A stretch of 64,000 nucleotides of DNA from an uncultured Pelagibacteraceae bacterium (GTDB lineage: Bacteria > Pseudomonadota > Alphaproteobacteria > Pelagibacterales > Pelagibacteraceae). Positions 17,964 to 27,061 of the stretch are shown here, one piece after another. Both the position numbers and the translations under genes were made by a program. The stretch lies in contig CACEKE010000001.1 of assembly GCA_902560075.1 (NCBI GenBank), forward strand, positions 211,207 to 275,206, read 5' to 3'. The notes below the pieces were generated by a model. It was not told the DNA's origin. It saw only the letters and a list, made by a program, of their open reading frames with translations, and did not search any database. Position 1 is the first letter of the stretch. Each line of letters opens with the position of its first letter.

Positions 17964-18697
17964 TAATTAATTCCTTCATAACCTTTTTTTTCTAGCTCGA
18001 TAGCTAATTCAAAATTTCCTGATTTTATTATTTTTCCGTTTTTAAGCACATGCACAAAATCAGGCTTAATGTAATTTAATAATCTTTGGTAATGTGTAAT
18101 AATTAAAAAAGAATTTTTATTATTTCTTAATGAATTGACACCATCAGAGACAACTTTTAAAGCATCTATATCTAAGCCCGAGTCTGTCTCATCTAGAATA
18201 GAAAGTTTTGGCTCCAGTATAGACATTTGTAAAATTTCATTTTTCTTTTTCTCACCTCCAGAAAAACCAACATTGAGTTGTCTATTTAAATTTTTTTCCT
18301 CAAATTTTAAATCCTTAGCTTTTTGTTTTATCAACTTTAGAAATTCTAATGCATCATATTCTTTTTGTCCTTTAGCCTTTCTTATTGCATTAACTGAGGT
18401 TTTTAAAAAATTGTTATTATTAACACCCGGTATTTCTAATGGATATTGGAATGCTAAAAAAAGTCCTTTATGAGCTCTTTCCTCAATCTCTAAATCTAAT
18501 AAATTATCTTTTTCGTAAAATACTTCACCTGTTGTCTCGTATCCTTTCTTGCCTGATAAAATATTTGATAGTGTGCTTTTTCCTGATCCGTTAGGCCCCA
18601 TTAGAGCATGCACTTCACCAGGATTTATACTCAAGCTTAGTCCATTAAGAATACACTTGTCTTCGACTTTTGCAGTTAAGTTTTTTATTTCAAGCAT
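17963..18697 (-). CDS. sufC: Fe-S cluster assembly ATPase SufC
   Basis: 244 aa with Walker A GPNGSGKST, FSGGEKKK and LSILDETDSGLD. Confidence 0.95.
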   Translation of the reverse strand: MLEIKNLTAKVEDKCILNGLSLSINPGEVHALMGPNGSGKSTLSNILSGKKGYETTGEVFYEKDNLLDLEIEERAHKGLFLAFQYPLEIPGVNNNNFLKTSVNAIRKAKGQKEYDALEFLKLIKQKAKDLKFEEKNLNRQLNVGFSGGEKKKNEILQMSILEPKLSILDETDSGLDIDALKVVSDGVNSLRNNKNSFLIITHYQRLLNYIKPDFVHVLKNGKIIKSGNFELAIELEKKGYEGIN

Positions 18698-20133
18698 TAT
18701 CCAACACTTCCCTCTAGGCTAATACCTACAAGTTTCTGAGCCTCCACTGCAAATTCCATTGGCAATTGTTGCAGAACTTCTTTACAAAAACCATTAACAA
18801 TTAAGCTTACAGCTTCCTCGGAATTTAGACCTCTTTGTTGACAATAAAATAATTGGTCCTCGCTTATTTTTGAGGTGGTAGCTTCATGCGCTATATTTGA
18901 GTCGGAATTTTTATTTTTAATATATGGAATTGTGTGCGCACCACATTTGTTACCCATCAGCAATGAATCACATTGTGTAAAATTTTGCGCATTGTTTGCT
19001 TTCGGAAAAATATCTACTAATCCTCTATAAGTATTATCAGCAAAACCAGCTGATATTCCCTTTGAAATAATTTTGCTTTTTGTATTTTTTCCTAAATGTA
19101 TCATTTTAGTTCCAGTATCAGCTTTCTGATGATTGTTCGTAATCGCTATGGAATAAAATTCTCCCACTGAATTATCTCCTTGAAGAATACAGCTAGGGTA
19201 TTTCCAAGTTATAGCTGATCCGGTTTCAACTTGTGTCCAAGATATTTTTGAATTCTTTTCTTTACACAAACCTCTTTTTGTAACAAAGTTATATATTCCT
19301 CCATTTCCATTCTCATCACCAGGGTACCAATTTTGGACTGTTGAATACTTTATTTCAGCTCCCTCTAAAGCGACTAACTCTACATTTGCAGCATGCAATT
19401 GATTTTCGTCTCTCATAGGAGCAGTGCAACCTTCTAAGTAACTAACATAACTATTTTTATCAGCAATAATTAATGTTCTTTCGAATTGACCTGTTTGTGA
19501 TGCGTTTATTCTAAAATAAGTAGATAGTTCCATTGGACACTTCACTCCTTCAGGTATGTAAACAAATGAACCATCTGTAAAAACAGCTGAGTTCAAAGTT
19601 GCGAAATAATGATCATTTATTGGAATAACTGATCCAAGATATTTTTTAACTAATTCAGGATGTTTCTGTATCGCTTCAGATATAGAACAGAAAATTACAC
19701 CAACCTCATTCAGTTTATCTTTAAATGTTGTTGCAACAGAAACCGAGTCAAAAACTGCATCAACTGCTATACCACTTAATCTTTTTTGCTCATCGAGCGG
19801 AATACCTAGTTTTTTATATGTTTCGATCAGTTTAGGATCAACTTCATCTAAACTTTTAGGTTTATTTTTTGCTGTTTTAGGCGCAGAATAATAATATAAA
19901 TCTTGATAGCTAATTTTAGGATATTTGGGTTTTTGCCAATTTGGCTCTTTTATTTTTTGCAATCTTTCAAAAGCTTTCATTCTCCATTTCAACATCCAAT
20001 CTGGTTCGTTTTTAATTTTTGAGATAAATTCAATTGTTTTTTTTGATAGACCTTTTGGTGACCTGATATTTTCAATATCAGTTGTAAAGCCGTATTTATA
20101 TTCTTTTAATTTATCTATTTCTTTTTCTCTCAT
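18697..20133 (-). CDS. sufB: Fe-S cluster assembly scaffold SufB
   Basis: 478 aa and highly conserved in sequence ([28 protein letters not shown]). Confidence 0.95.
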   Translation of the reverse strand: MREKEIDKLKEYKYGFTTDIENIRSPKGLSKKTIEFISKIKNEPDWMLKWRMKAFERLQKIKEPNWQKPKYPKISYQDLYYYSAPKTAKNKPKSLDEVDPKLIETYKKLGIPLDEQKRLSGIAVDAVFDSVSVATTFKDKLNEVGVIFCSISEAIQKHPELVKKYLGSVIPINDHYFATLNSAVFTDGSFVYIPEGVKCPMELSTYFRINASQTGQFERTLIIADKNSYVSYLEGCTAPMRDENQLHAANVELVALEGAEIKYSTVQNWYPGDENGNGGIYNFVTKRGLCKEKNSKISWTQVETGSAITWKYPSCILQGDNSVGEFYSIAITNNHQKADTGTKMIHLGKNTKSKIISKGISAGFADNTYRGLVDIFPKANNAQNFTQCDSLLMGNKCGAHTIPYIKNKNSDSNIAHEATTSKISEDQLFYCQQRGLNSEEAVSLIVNGFCKEVLQQLPMEFAVEAQKLVGISLEGSVG

Positions 20134-20561
20134 TATAATCTTTTTTCTAAATCATTTTTGTGAGCTAAGTCACTTAAAAGTTTTTTTTCAAAAAATGAGT
20201 TTATATAACCATCCAATTCATCCCAAAGTTTGTGAGTATTACATTTAATTGATTTACCGTTACATCCCTTTTTTAAATGCTTTACACATCTGACTGTTTT
20301 TATATTTTCATTCACTGCAGAAAGTATTTCAGATAATTTTATTTCTGTTGCTTCTCTCTCGAGTTTATATCCGCCCTTTGTACCCCTTATACTCTTAACT
20401 ATTTTATATTTTTTAAGTTTTAGAAAAATTTGCTCCAAATAAAGTAAAGAAATATTTTGTCTTAAAGATATATCTCTCAAAGATACAGGCCCATTATTAT
20501 AATATAAAGCAAGATCAGTTAGAGCCATTACAGCATATCTTCCCTTAGTTGATATTTTCAT
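20133..20561 (-). CDS. Rrf2-family transcriptional regulator (IscR/SufR-like) heading the suf operon
   Basis: 142 aa with the N-terminal winged-helix sequence [13 protein letters not shown] and a Cys cluster C-x7-C-x5-C ([16 protein letters not shown]). Confidence 0.85.
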   Translation of the reverse strand: MKISTKGRYAVMALTDLALYYNNGPVSLRDISLRQNISLLYLEQIFLKLKKYKIVKSIRGTKGGYKLEREATEIKLSEILSAVNENIKTVRCVKHLKKGCNGKSIKCNTHKLWDELDGYINSFFEKKLLSDLAHKNDLEKRL

Positions 20562-20591
20562 AAATTCAAATAAATTGCGGTTTATTTATAT

Positions 20592-20616
20592 ATTCCCGAC
20601 TGATTTAGTCAACATT
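20592..20616. promoter_or_regulatory. Candidate Rrf2/IscR type-1-like operator upstream of the suf operon
   Basis: ATTCCCGACTGATTTAGTCAACATT carries the palindromic core GACT-N5-AGTC. It sits 31-55 nt upstream of the Rrf2 gene start. It matches the IscR type-1 pattern ATASYYGACTRWWWYAGTCRRSTAT (as I recall it) at nearly every position. Confidence 0.55.
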
Positions 20617-20699
20617 TTGCATTTTTAAACTTGCATTTTGTCACTCTGTTTTGGTAGAAAAATATAATTTTTTTTTGAGAGTGATAATCAGTTTCATTT

Positions 20700-21356
20700 A
20701 TGGATAGTAAAATTTCTGAGATTTTTATACCTGGTCCTGCTGGAAGGCTAGAAGCAAAATATTTCAAAAGTAAAAAAAATACATCCCCGATTGCATTAAT
20801 TTTACATCCTCATCCACAGTATGGTGGAACGATGAATAACAGTGTGGTTGTCAACACTTTTAATATTTTTATGGAAAATAATTTTTCTGTTTGTAGAGTT
20901 AATTTTAGAGGAGTGGGTAAAAGTGATGGAGAATTTGACAACGGTCAAGGTGAACTTGCTGATGCGGCAGCTGCGCTTGACTGGGTCGAAAGAGAAAACT
21001 TTGATAATTCTCAATGTTGGATAGCAGGTTTTTCATTTGGATCTTTAATTGCAATGCAGTTATTAATGAGAAGACCAGAGATAAATAGATTTATAGCAAT
21101 TTCGCCCCAACCAAATGTATATGATTTTTCATTTTTATCACCATGTCCTACTTCAGGCTTGATTGTATACGGAAAAAAAGACGAATTAGTTCCCTATGAA
21201 AATGTTAATGATTTAAATAAGAGGTTAAATTCTCAAAAAGGAATTAATATAGATTTCAGTGCGTTGAATGAAGCAAATCATTTTTTTAAAAATTCTGACA
21301 AAGATTTTTATCAGGTCATTAATAAATATATAAAAAAAGAAACCGCTTTATATTAG
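20700..21356 (+). CDS. Alpha/beta-fold hydrolase
   Basis: 218 aa with a nucleophile elbow GFSFGS, an HPHPQYGGTM segment and a C-terminal His (ANHFF). Confidence 0.7.
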   Translation: MDSKISEIFIPGPAGRLEAKYFKSKKNTSPIALILHPHPQYGGTMNNSVVVNTFNIFMENNFSVCRVNFRGVGKSDGEFDNGQGELADAAAALDWVERENFDNSQCWIAGFSFGSLIAMQLLMRRPEINRFIAISPQPNVYDFSFLSPCPTSGLIVYGKKDELVPYENVNDLNKRLNSQKGINIDFSALNEANHFFKNSDKDFYQVINKYIKKETALY

Positions 21357-22504
21357 TAATTTGAAACTAAAATACCTCCAGAACAAGGTTGCAAACATCT
21401 GGTGGTTTTCGGGAAAGATAAAGGTAGATTTAAAAATGATCTAATTGCAAGATAAGCAAATGCCTGGGATTCAACAAAATCACCGTTGATACCAAAATTT
21501 TCTATAGGAAAAAATTTTAAATTATTAAAATTAAATAATTTTTTATTAATCATATTCATCAAATAAATATTTTTTCTACCACCACCACAAACTACAGATA
21601 AACTGTTTTGAGAATTGCTAAAATGAATGATTGCATTAGAAATTATCTCAGCAGTTAAATCTGATAATGTTGATGCACCGTTTTCTAAATTTAAACCTCT
21701 TACAAAAGATATATCAAAATCATTTATATCTAGTGATTTATTATATGGTGGTAAAATATTTAGATTTTCTAATGCTTGATTAAGTATTAAGTTATCTGTT
21801 TTCCCATAACTTGCCAGCTTTCCTTTGTCATCATAGATGCTATTAGAATTATTTGTTATCCAGCTATCAATCATACAATTGCCGGGACCAATATCAGATG
21901 CTTGAAGCATATCTGGGGACTTATAAAATTTGTCCCATCTAGCTGTTTTTGTAATATTTGCAATTCCTCCTATGTTTAGGATATTTATTGAGTCAAATTT
22001 ATTAAATTCATTTTTAAAATTCTTATTAACTATTGCATTATGAAAGATAGGAGTAAGTGGAGCCCCTTCTCCGCCATTTTCAATATCCACTTGTCTAAAA
22101 TTATATATTACATCCTTTTTACACAATTGAGACAAAAGATTTCCATCTCCAATTTGTTTAGAAATTTTTTTTTTACCATCATGAAATATGGTGTGTCCGT
22201 GAAATCCAATAAAATCAATATTTAAGTTATTTTTTTTTACTATATCCTTAGCTGCAATAGCATGAAGAAGAGTTAATTCCCTTTCTAAGGCTTCTATTTC
22301 ATCTTTAAAAGAGTTTAAATCTTCATTTGTTAAAATTTTTGATCTAATATGAGCTAAGTTATCTCTAAATTTTTCATCATATTTATAGTATTTATCAACA
22401 ATTACTGAGTATTCCTTAACTCCATCTGAAGAAATGATTGATGCATCTATTCCATCCATTGAAGTTCCACTCATTAGACCTAGGGCTGTATAAATCTTAT
22501 CCAT
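21353..22504 (-). CDS. anmK: Anhydro-N-acetylmuramic acid kinase
   Basis: 383 aa with an N-terminal GLMSGTSMDGID, plus DIGPGN and GGG..N motifs. Confidence 0.9.
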   Translation of the reverse strand: MDKIYTALGLMSGTSMDGIDASIISSDGVKEYSVIVDKYYKYDEKFRDNLAHIRSKILTNEDLNSFKDEIEALERELTLLHAIAAKDIVKKNNLNIDFIGFHGHTIFHDGKKKISKQIGDGNLLSQLCKKDVIYNFRQVDIENGGEGAPLTPIFHNAIVNKNFKNEFNKFDSINILNIGGIANITKTARWDKFYKSPDMLQASDIGPGNCMIDSWITNNSNSIYDDKGKLASYGKTDNLILNQALENLNILPPYNKSLDINDFDISFVRGLNLENGASTLSDLTAEIISNAIIHFSNSQNSLSVVCGGGRKNIYLMNMINKKLFNFNNLKFFPIENFGINGDFVESQAFAYLAIRSFLNLPLSFPKTTRCLQPCSGGILVSNY

Positions 22505-22551
22505 TATTATTTTTTTTTATAAAAATTTGTATATTGTAGAACTATAAACAT

Positions 22552-23778
22552 ATGAATAAATTTTTAAATGAATTTATAGATAGAGGTTTTTTTTATCAAT
22601 GTACTAATAAACAAGAATTATCAAATGTTTTAGATAAAAAAAAAATTAATGCTTATATTGGGTTTGATAGTACTGCACCAAGTTTACATGTTGGTAGTTT
22701 GTTGCAAATAATGTGTTTAAGGCTATTACAAAAATACGGACATAGACCTATTGTTTTGCTAGGAGGAGGAACTACAAGAATTGGAGACCCTTCAGGTAAA
22801 GAGAAAACCAGAAAAATATTGTCAGAGGACGAAATTGAGATAAATATAAAAAATATTAAGAAAGTTTTTAATATATTTTTAAAAACTGACAATCCAAGCT
22901 TAAAACCAATTTATGTAAATAATTTTGAATGGCTTGGTAAACTTAATTATATAAAATTTTTAAGAGAGGTAGGTAAACATTTTACAATAAATAAAATGTT
23001 AAGCTTTGATAGTGTCAAACTGAGGTTAGAAAGAGAACAGTCTTTAAGTTATATGGAATTTAATTATATGATTTTACAAGCTTATGATTTTTTAGAATTA
23101 AATAAAAAAAAAAATTGTTTATTACAAATTGGAGGTTCAGATCAATGGGGTAATATTGTTAACGGAGTTGAATTAATAAAAAGACATAATGGCAAACAAG
23201 TCTTTGGTCTTACAACTCCTTTAATAACATTAGCATCTGGAGCTAAAATGGGTAAAACAGTGGAAGGCGCTGTGTGGTTAGATCCAAAGCTACTATCAGC
23301 TTATGACTATTGGCAATTTTGGAGGAATACAGACGATAATGACGTTATAAGATTTATTAAAATGTATACAGACAAAAGTATCGATGAAATAGAGAATATA
23401 AAAAATCAAGATATTAATAAATTAAAAATAATTTTAGCAAATGAAGCTACTGCTATGCTTCATGGAAAAACCGCTTCTTTAAAAGCTGAAAAAACTGCAA
23501 AAGAAACATTTATCGACGGGATAGCAGGAAAAGATTTACCTGTCATAAACTTAAAAAAAAAACAAGGCAACAAAATTAATATTTTAGACTTAGTTTTATC
23601 TTCAAAACTTTTAATGTCTAAGGGCGAGGTTAGAAGAGCGATTAAAAATAACGGTATAAAGATTAATGATACTACTATCTTGGATGATAAATTAATTATT
23701 GATTTTAATCAATATGACGAAAATTCTTGTAAACTTTCTTTTGGTAAGAAAAAACACATTGTTATTAAACTTATCTAA
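22552..23778 (+). CDS. tyrS: Tyrosyl-tRNA synthetase
   Basis: 408 aa with the HIGH-type motif (SLHVGSL), KMGKT (KMSKS-type) and a C-terminal S4-like domain. Confidence 0.95.
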   Translation: MNKFLNEFIDRGFFYQCTNKQELSNVLDKKKINAYIGFDSTAPSLHVGSLLQIMCLRLLQKYGHRPIVLLGGGTTRIGDPSGKEKTRKILSEDEIEINIKNIKKVFNIFLKTDNPSLKPIYVNNFEWLGKLNYIKFLREVGKHFTINKMLSFDSVKLRLEREQSLSYMEFNYMILQAYDFLELNKKKNCLLQIGGSDQWGNIVNGVELIKRHNGKQVFGLTTPLITLASGAKMGKTVEGAVWLDPKLLSAYDYWQFWRNTDDNDVIRFIKMYTDKSIDEIENIKNQDINKLKIILANEATAMLHGKTASLKAEKTAKETFIDGIAGKDLPVINLKKKQGNKINILDLVLSSKLLMSKGEVRRAIKNNGIKINDTTILDDKLIIDFNQYDENSCKLSFGKKKHIVIKLI

Positions 23779-25970
23779 TTTTTAATTTTTTCTAAAGTTC
23801 GTGTTATAAATCTAGGAGTTAAAGTTTTAATTGGATTTACTGTTGTTTTTAAATTTTTTGGTGGCCCTTTAATTTTAAAACTTACACCAAATACACCCTC
23901 ACCAATTTTTTTTCCAACTAATATATCTCCTAAAAGAGGTATAGATGATATTGTCCGATTTATTGTAGTAGCGGGAACTAAAGTTCCACGCAAGCTAACT
24001 AATTTATTTTTTTCGATATAACCGCTCATTAAAATTGAAATTGCAGGTCCTATTGCATAAAGCTCTTCAATTTCAATAATATTATTTTGACTAGTGTACT
24101 TCATTTCAAAATCTGTAAATCTTATTCCTTCACCAGTAAGCAAGTCAGCAATACCTTGTAGAGATGCCAGTGTAAGAATTTTAGCTAAAGCAGGAACTTC
24201 CTTAACTTTAAAATTATCTATAATTATTAGAGAGTTGAACTTATTATTTCTTTTAATAGTTTGAAAATCTAATACACCTTCCTCAAAACCTTTAATAAAT
24301 TTATATCTATCAATTATTGGTTTTGGATAATTAGTGAAAATATTAGTAATTAACTCCTCATTTCTTTTAAAAGTTTTAATCGATAATGCCTCTCCATTAT
24401 TAAACAATCCATTCAAATTTAATTTGATAATTTTGTTATTTTTATATTTTATTTCTCCAGTTACATTTTCTATGTAATTATTATTATCAATAAACAGCTT
24501 TATTAGATCTATTTTAATATTTTTATTTAAATTTTCAAAAATTGATTTATTTTCTTCATCTAAAATATTATTTATTATTTTCATTCCACTAAAATTGTTT
24601 GATTTTATGAATATATTTTCTTTTGTATTATAAATAGACATATCAAATTTATCTGTTTTATTTTTTGAATACTCTAGTATTAAAGTTTCGAAATCTTTTA
24701 TTTTTTTTTTGTTTGATATTTCTAAATTATTGATTTTAAGAAAATTATCATTACTTATTAGGTTTAATTTATTGAATTTTATATTTTGTTTTTTTTTTAT
24801 ATCGAAATCAACTATTAATGAACTGGGAGTATTCTCTTTTTTTTTAAAATTGATTAAATCAAAATAAAACGGAATATTATCTAAATTGATATTAGCTTTA
24901 ACTTTATTTTTATTTTTATCAAAATAATATTCATACTTAAATTTATCTATATTTCCGTTTAAGTCAAAATTTCCCTCACTACTCAATAATATTTTTTCAC
25001 TTTTATCTTTGGCTAGGTTTGTATAAGTTAAATCTATATTTTGATTTTTTATTAAAATATAATCTGTTTTTCCAAAAATTTTAAAAAAGTATTCTTCATC
25101 AATATTATATTTCAATTTATCAAGACTAATTTTTGATTTTATTGACAAATCTCTTAATTTAAGTTTGTTGTCAATATTAAATGAAAATTCTGAAGAAGAT
25201 TTAAATTTTGTGTCTAAATTTGAAAAATTTTTTAAATCAACTTTAAGAAGTTTTTCAAATTCTTTTAAATCAATATTTGATAGTGAATTATATACATCTC
25301 CTTGCACGTAAAAACTATTTTTATTTTTATAGACATCTATTCTTTCTGAATTAAACTTAATTTTGTTATAATTAAAATTAAAATTGTTAATAGAATAATG
25401 GTTTTTTTTTATTAAATATACTAAGTCACTATCTATTATTTTTTTATTAAGTAATTGAATTTTAAAATCAATTAATTTTCCACTTACATAATAATCATCT
25501 TTAATTTTACCATCTTTATTAAAATTTAAATTAAATTGAAATCTTGTGATACCTTCATTTATTAATTTATCTAACAACATAGTTTGAAAATTGTTTTGAT
25601 ATGATCTGTAAATTTTGATTAAATCTTTAACGTCATTCTCATCAGTATTGACGATTAAATTTTTGACTACCGGTTTCTTCGAAAAAAATGCTACTATAGA
25701 AATATTAGTTTCTATCTCTTCAACATTTAATCTAATATTTTTTACTAAAATTGTAGGATTGTTGGTTATTAATTTTAAAGATAGATTTAAGAAATTTAAT
25801 TTAATATAAATATTATCAATATCTGCTGTTAAGTCATCTTCTCTCTCTGCTAATTTTTTTAAAATAATTGGATTAAACCTGTCAGTTTTAATTCCAAAAA
25901 ATGATAGGTAAAATAAAAAAAAAGATAAAAAGATAAAAAATATTATTAATAATTTATATATTCTAGACAT
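23775..25970 (-). CDS. AsmA/YhdP-like large envelope protein (short form)
   Basis: 731 aa with an N-terminal membrane anchor and a long Asn/Lys/Ile-rich repetitive beta-like body. The C-terminal block resembles the AsmA-like/YhdP C-terminal region (GEGIRFTDFEM...LRGTLVPATTINR...GVFGVSFKIKGPPKNLKTTVNP). Confidence 0.55.
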   Translation of the reverse strand: MSRIYKLLIIFFIFLSFFLFYLSFFGIKTDRFNPIILKKLAEREDDLTADIDNIYIKLNFLNLSLKLITNNPTILVKNIRLNVEEIETNISIVAFFSKKPVVKNLIVNTDENDVKDLIKIYRSYQNNFQTMLLDKLINEGITRFQFNLNFNKDGKIKDDYYVSGKLIDFKIQLLNKKIIDSDLVYLIKKNHYSINNFNFNYNKIKFNSERIDVYKNKNSFYVQGDVYNSLSNIDLKEFEKLLKVDLKNFSNLDTKFKSSSEFSFNIDNKLKLRDLSIKSKISLDKLKYNIDEEYFFKIFGKTDYILIKNQNIDLTYTNLAKDKSEKILLSSEGNFDLNGNIDKFKYEYYFDKNKNKVKANINLDNIPFYFDLINFKKKENTPSSLIVDFDIKKKQNIKFNKLNLISNDNFLKINNLEISNKKKIKDFETLILEYSKNKTDKFDMSIYNTKENIFIKSNNFSGMKIINNILDEENKSIFENLNKNIKIDLIKLFIDNNNYIENVTGEIKYKNNKIIKLNLNGLFNNGEALSIKTFKRNEELITNIFTNYPKPIIDRYKFIKGFEEGVLDFQTIKRNNKFNSLIIIDNFKVKEVPALAKILTLASLQGIADLLTGEGIRFTDFEMKYTSQNNIIEIEELYAIGPAISILMSGYIEKNKLVSLRGTLVPATTINRTISSIPLLGDILVGKKIGEGVFGVSFKIKGPPKNLKTTVNPIKTLTPRFITRTLEKIKN

Positions 25971-27061
25971 TAGGACCGTATAAAGAGCTCTCTAGAAAAG
26001 AGTCAATTTCCCCATTTAAAACTTTTTCAGGATCTGTTCTCTCATGATTTGTCCTGTTATCTTTTACGAGTTGATACGGCTGAAGTACATAAGATCTAAT
26101 TTGATGACCCCATCCAATATCTGATTTTGATTTTTGCTGATTTTCATTTTCCATTTCTTTTTTTTGTAACTCAAATTCATACAATCTTGCTCTTAGCATG
26201 TTCATGCAAGTTTCTTTGTTTTTGTGTTGAGATCTCTCATTTTGACATTGCACAACGATTTTACTTGGTAAATGAGTAATTCTAACAGCACTGTCTGTTG
26301 TATTAACATGTTGGCCACCTGCTCCACTGGATCTATATGTATCAATTCTCAAATCTTTATCGAGTATTTCAATATTTATTTTATCGTCAACCACTGGATA
26401 AACCCATACACTTGCAAAACTAGTATGTCTTCTTGCTCCAGAATCAAATGGTGAAATTCGTACTAATCTGTGTATCCCAGATTCTGATTTTAAAAAACCA
26501 TAAATATAATCTCCTTTAATTTTTAGAGTTGAGGATTTTATGCCTGCTTCATCACCTTTATGCTCACTAATAATTTCAACATTATATTTTTTGTCATTTG
26601 CCCATTTCATGTACATTCTTCTTAACATTTGTGCCCAATCTTGACTCTCTGTCCCTCCAGCACCCGCATGTATTTCTAGATATGCCTCTAAAGAGTCTGT
26701 TTCGTTTGATAAAAAACATTTTATTTGATTTTTAAAAGCTATTTTTTCAATATTTGTCAAACTCTTTAAAGTCTCATTAATCACTATTTGATTGTTTTCA
26801 TCTTGAGCAATTTGATAAAGATCAAATAATTCTTGAGTTTCATTTATTGTGTAATTTAAAGTATTGATTAAATCGTCAAGTTTTTTTTTAGATTTAATTT
26901 TTTTTTCTGCGTTAAGCTTATCATTCCAAAAATGGGGATTTTCTATTTCTAAATTTATTACTTCTAATTTTTGAATTATTTTTTTTTGGTCAAAGATACT
27001 CCTTAACTTTATTATTAATTTTTTTTACGTTATTTAGTTTATTTAAGAAGTTGTCGTCCAT
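25963..27061 (-). CDS. prfB: Peptide chain release factor 2, expressed via programmed +1 frameshift
   Basis: Frame 0 runs from ATG 27061 through 23 codons (MDDNFLNKLNNVKKINNKVKEYL) to an in-frame TGA at 26992-26990. The +1 frame then continues from 26991 to 25963 and contains SPF and GGQHVN. The joined product is about 365 aa. Confidence 0.9.
26989..27004 (-). other. prfB +1 frameshift site with internal SD-like element
   Basis: The minus strand reads AAGGAG TAT CTT TGA C. This is the canonical CUU UGA C slippery/stop context, preceded at 3-nt spacing by a Shine-Dalgarno-like AAGGAG. Confidence 0.9.

Noticed and set aside
26785-27060. An apparent non-coding gap or truncated (pseudogene) RF2.
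   Set aside because: This is explained by the canonical programmed +1 frameshift (CTT TGA C). The upstream frame plus the downstream frame give a full-length RF2.
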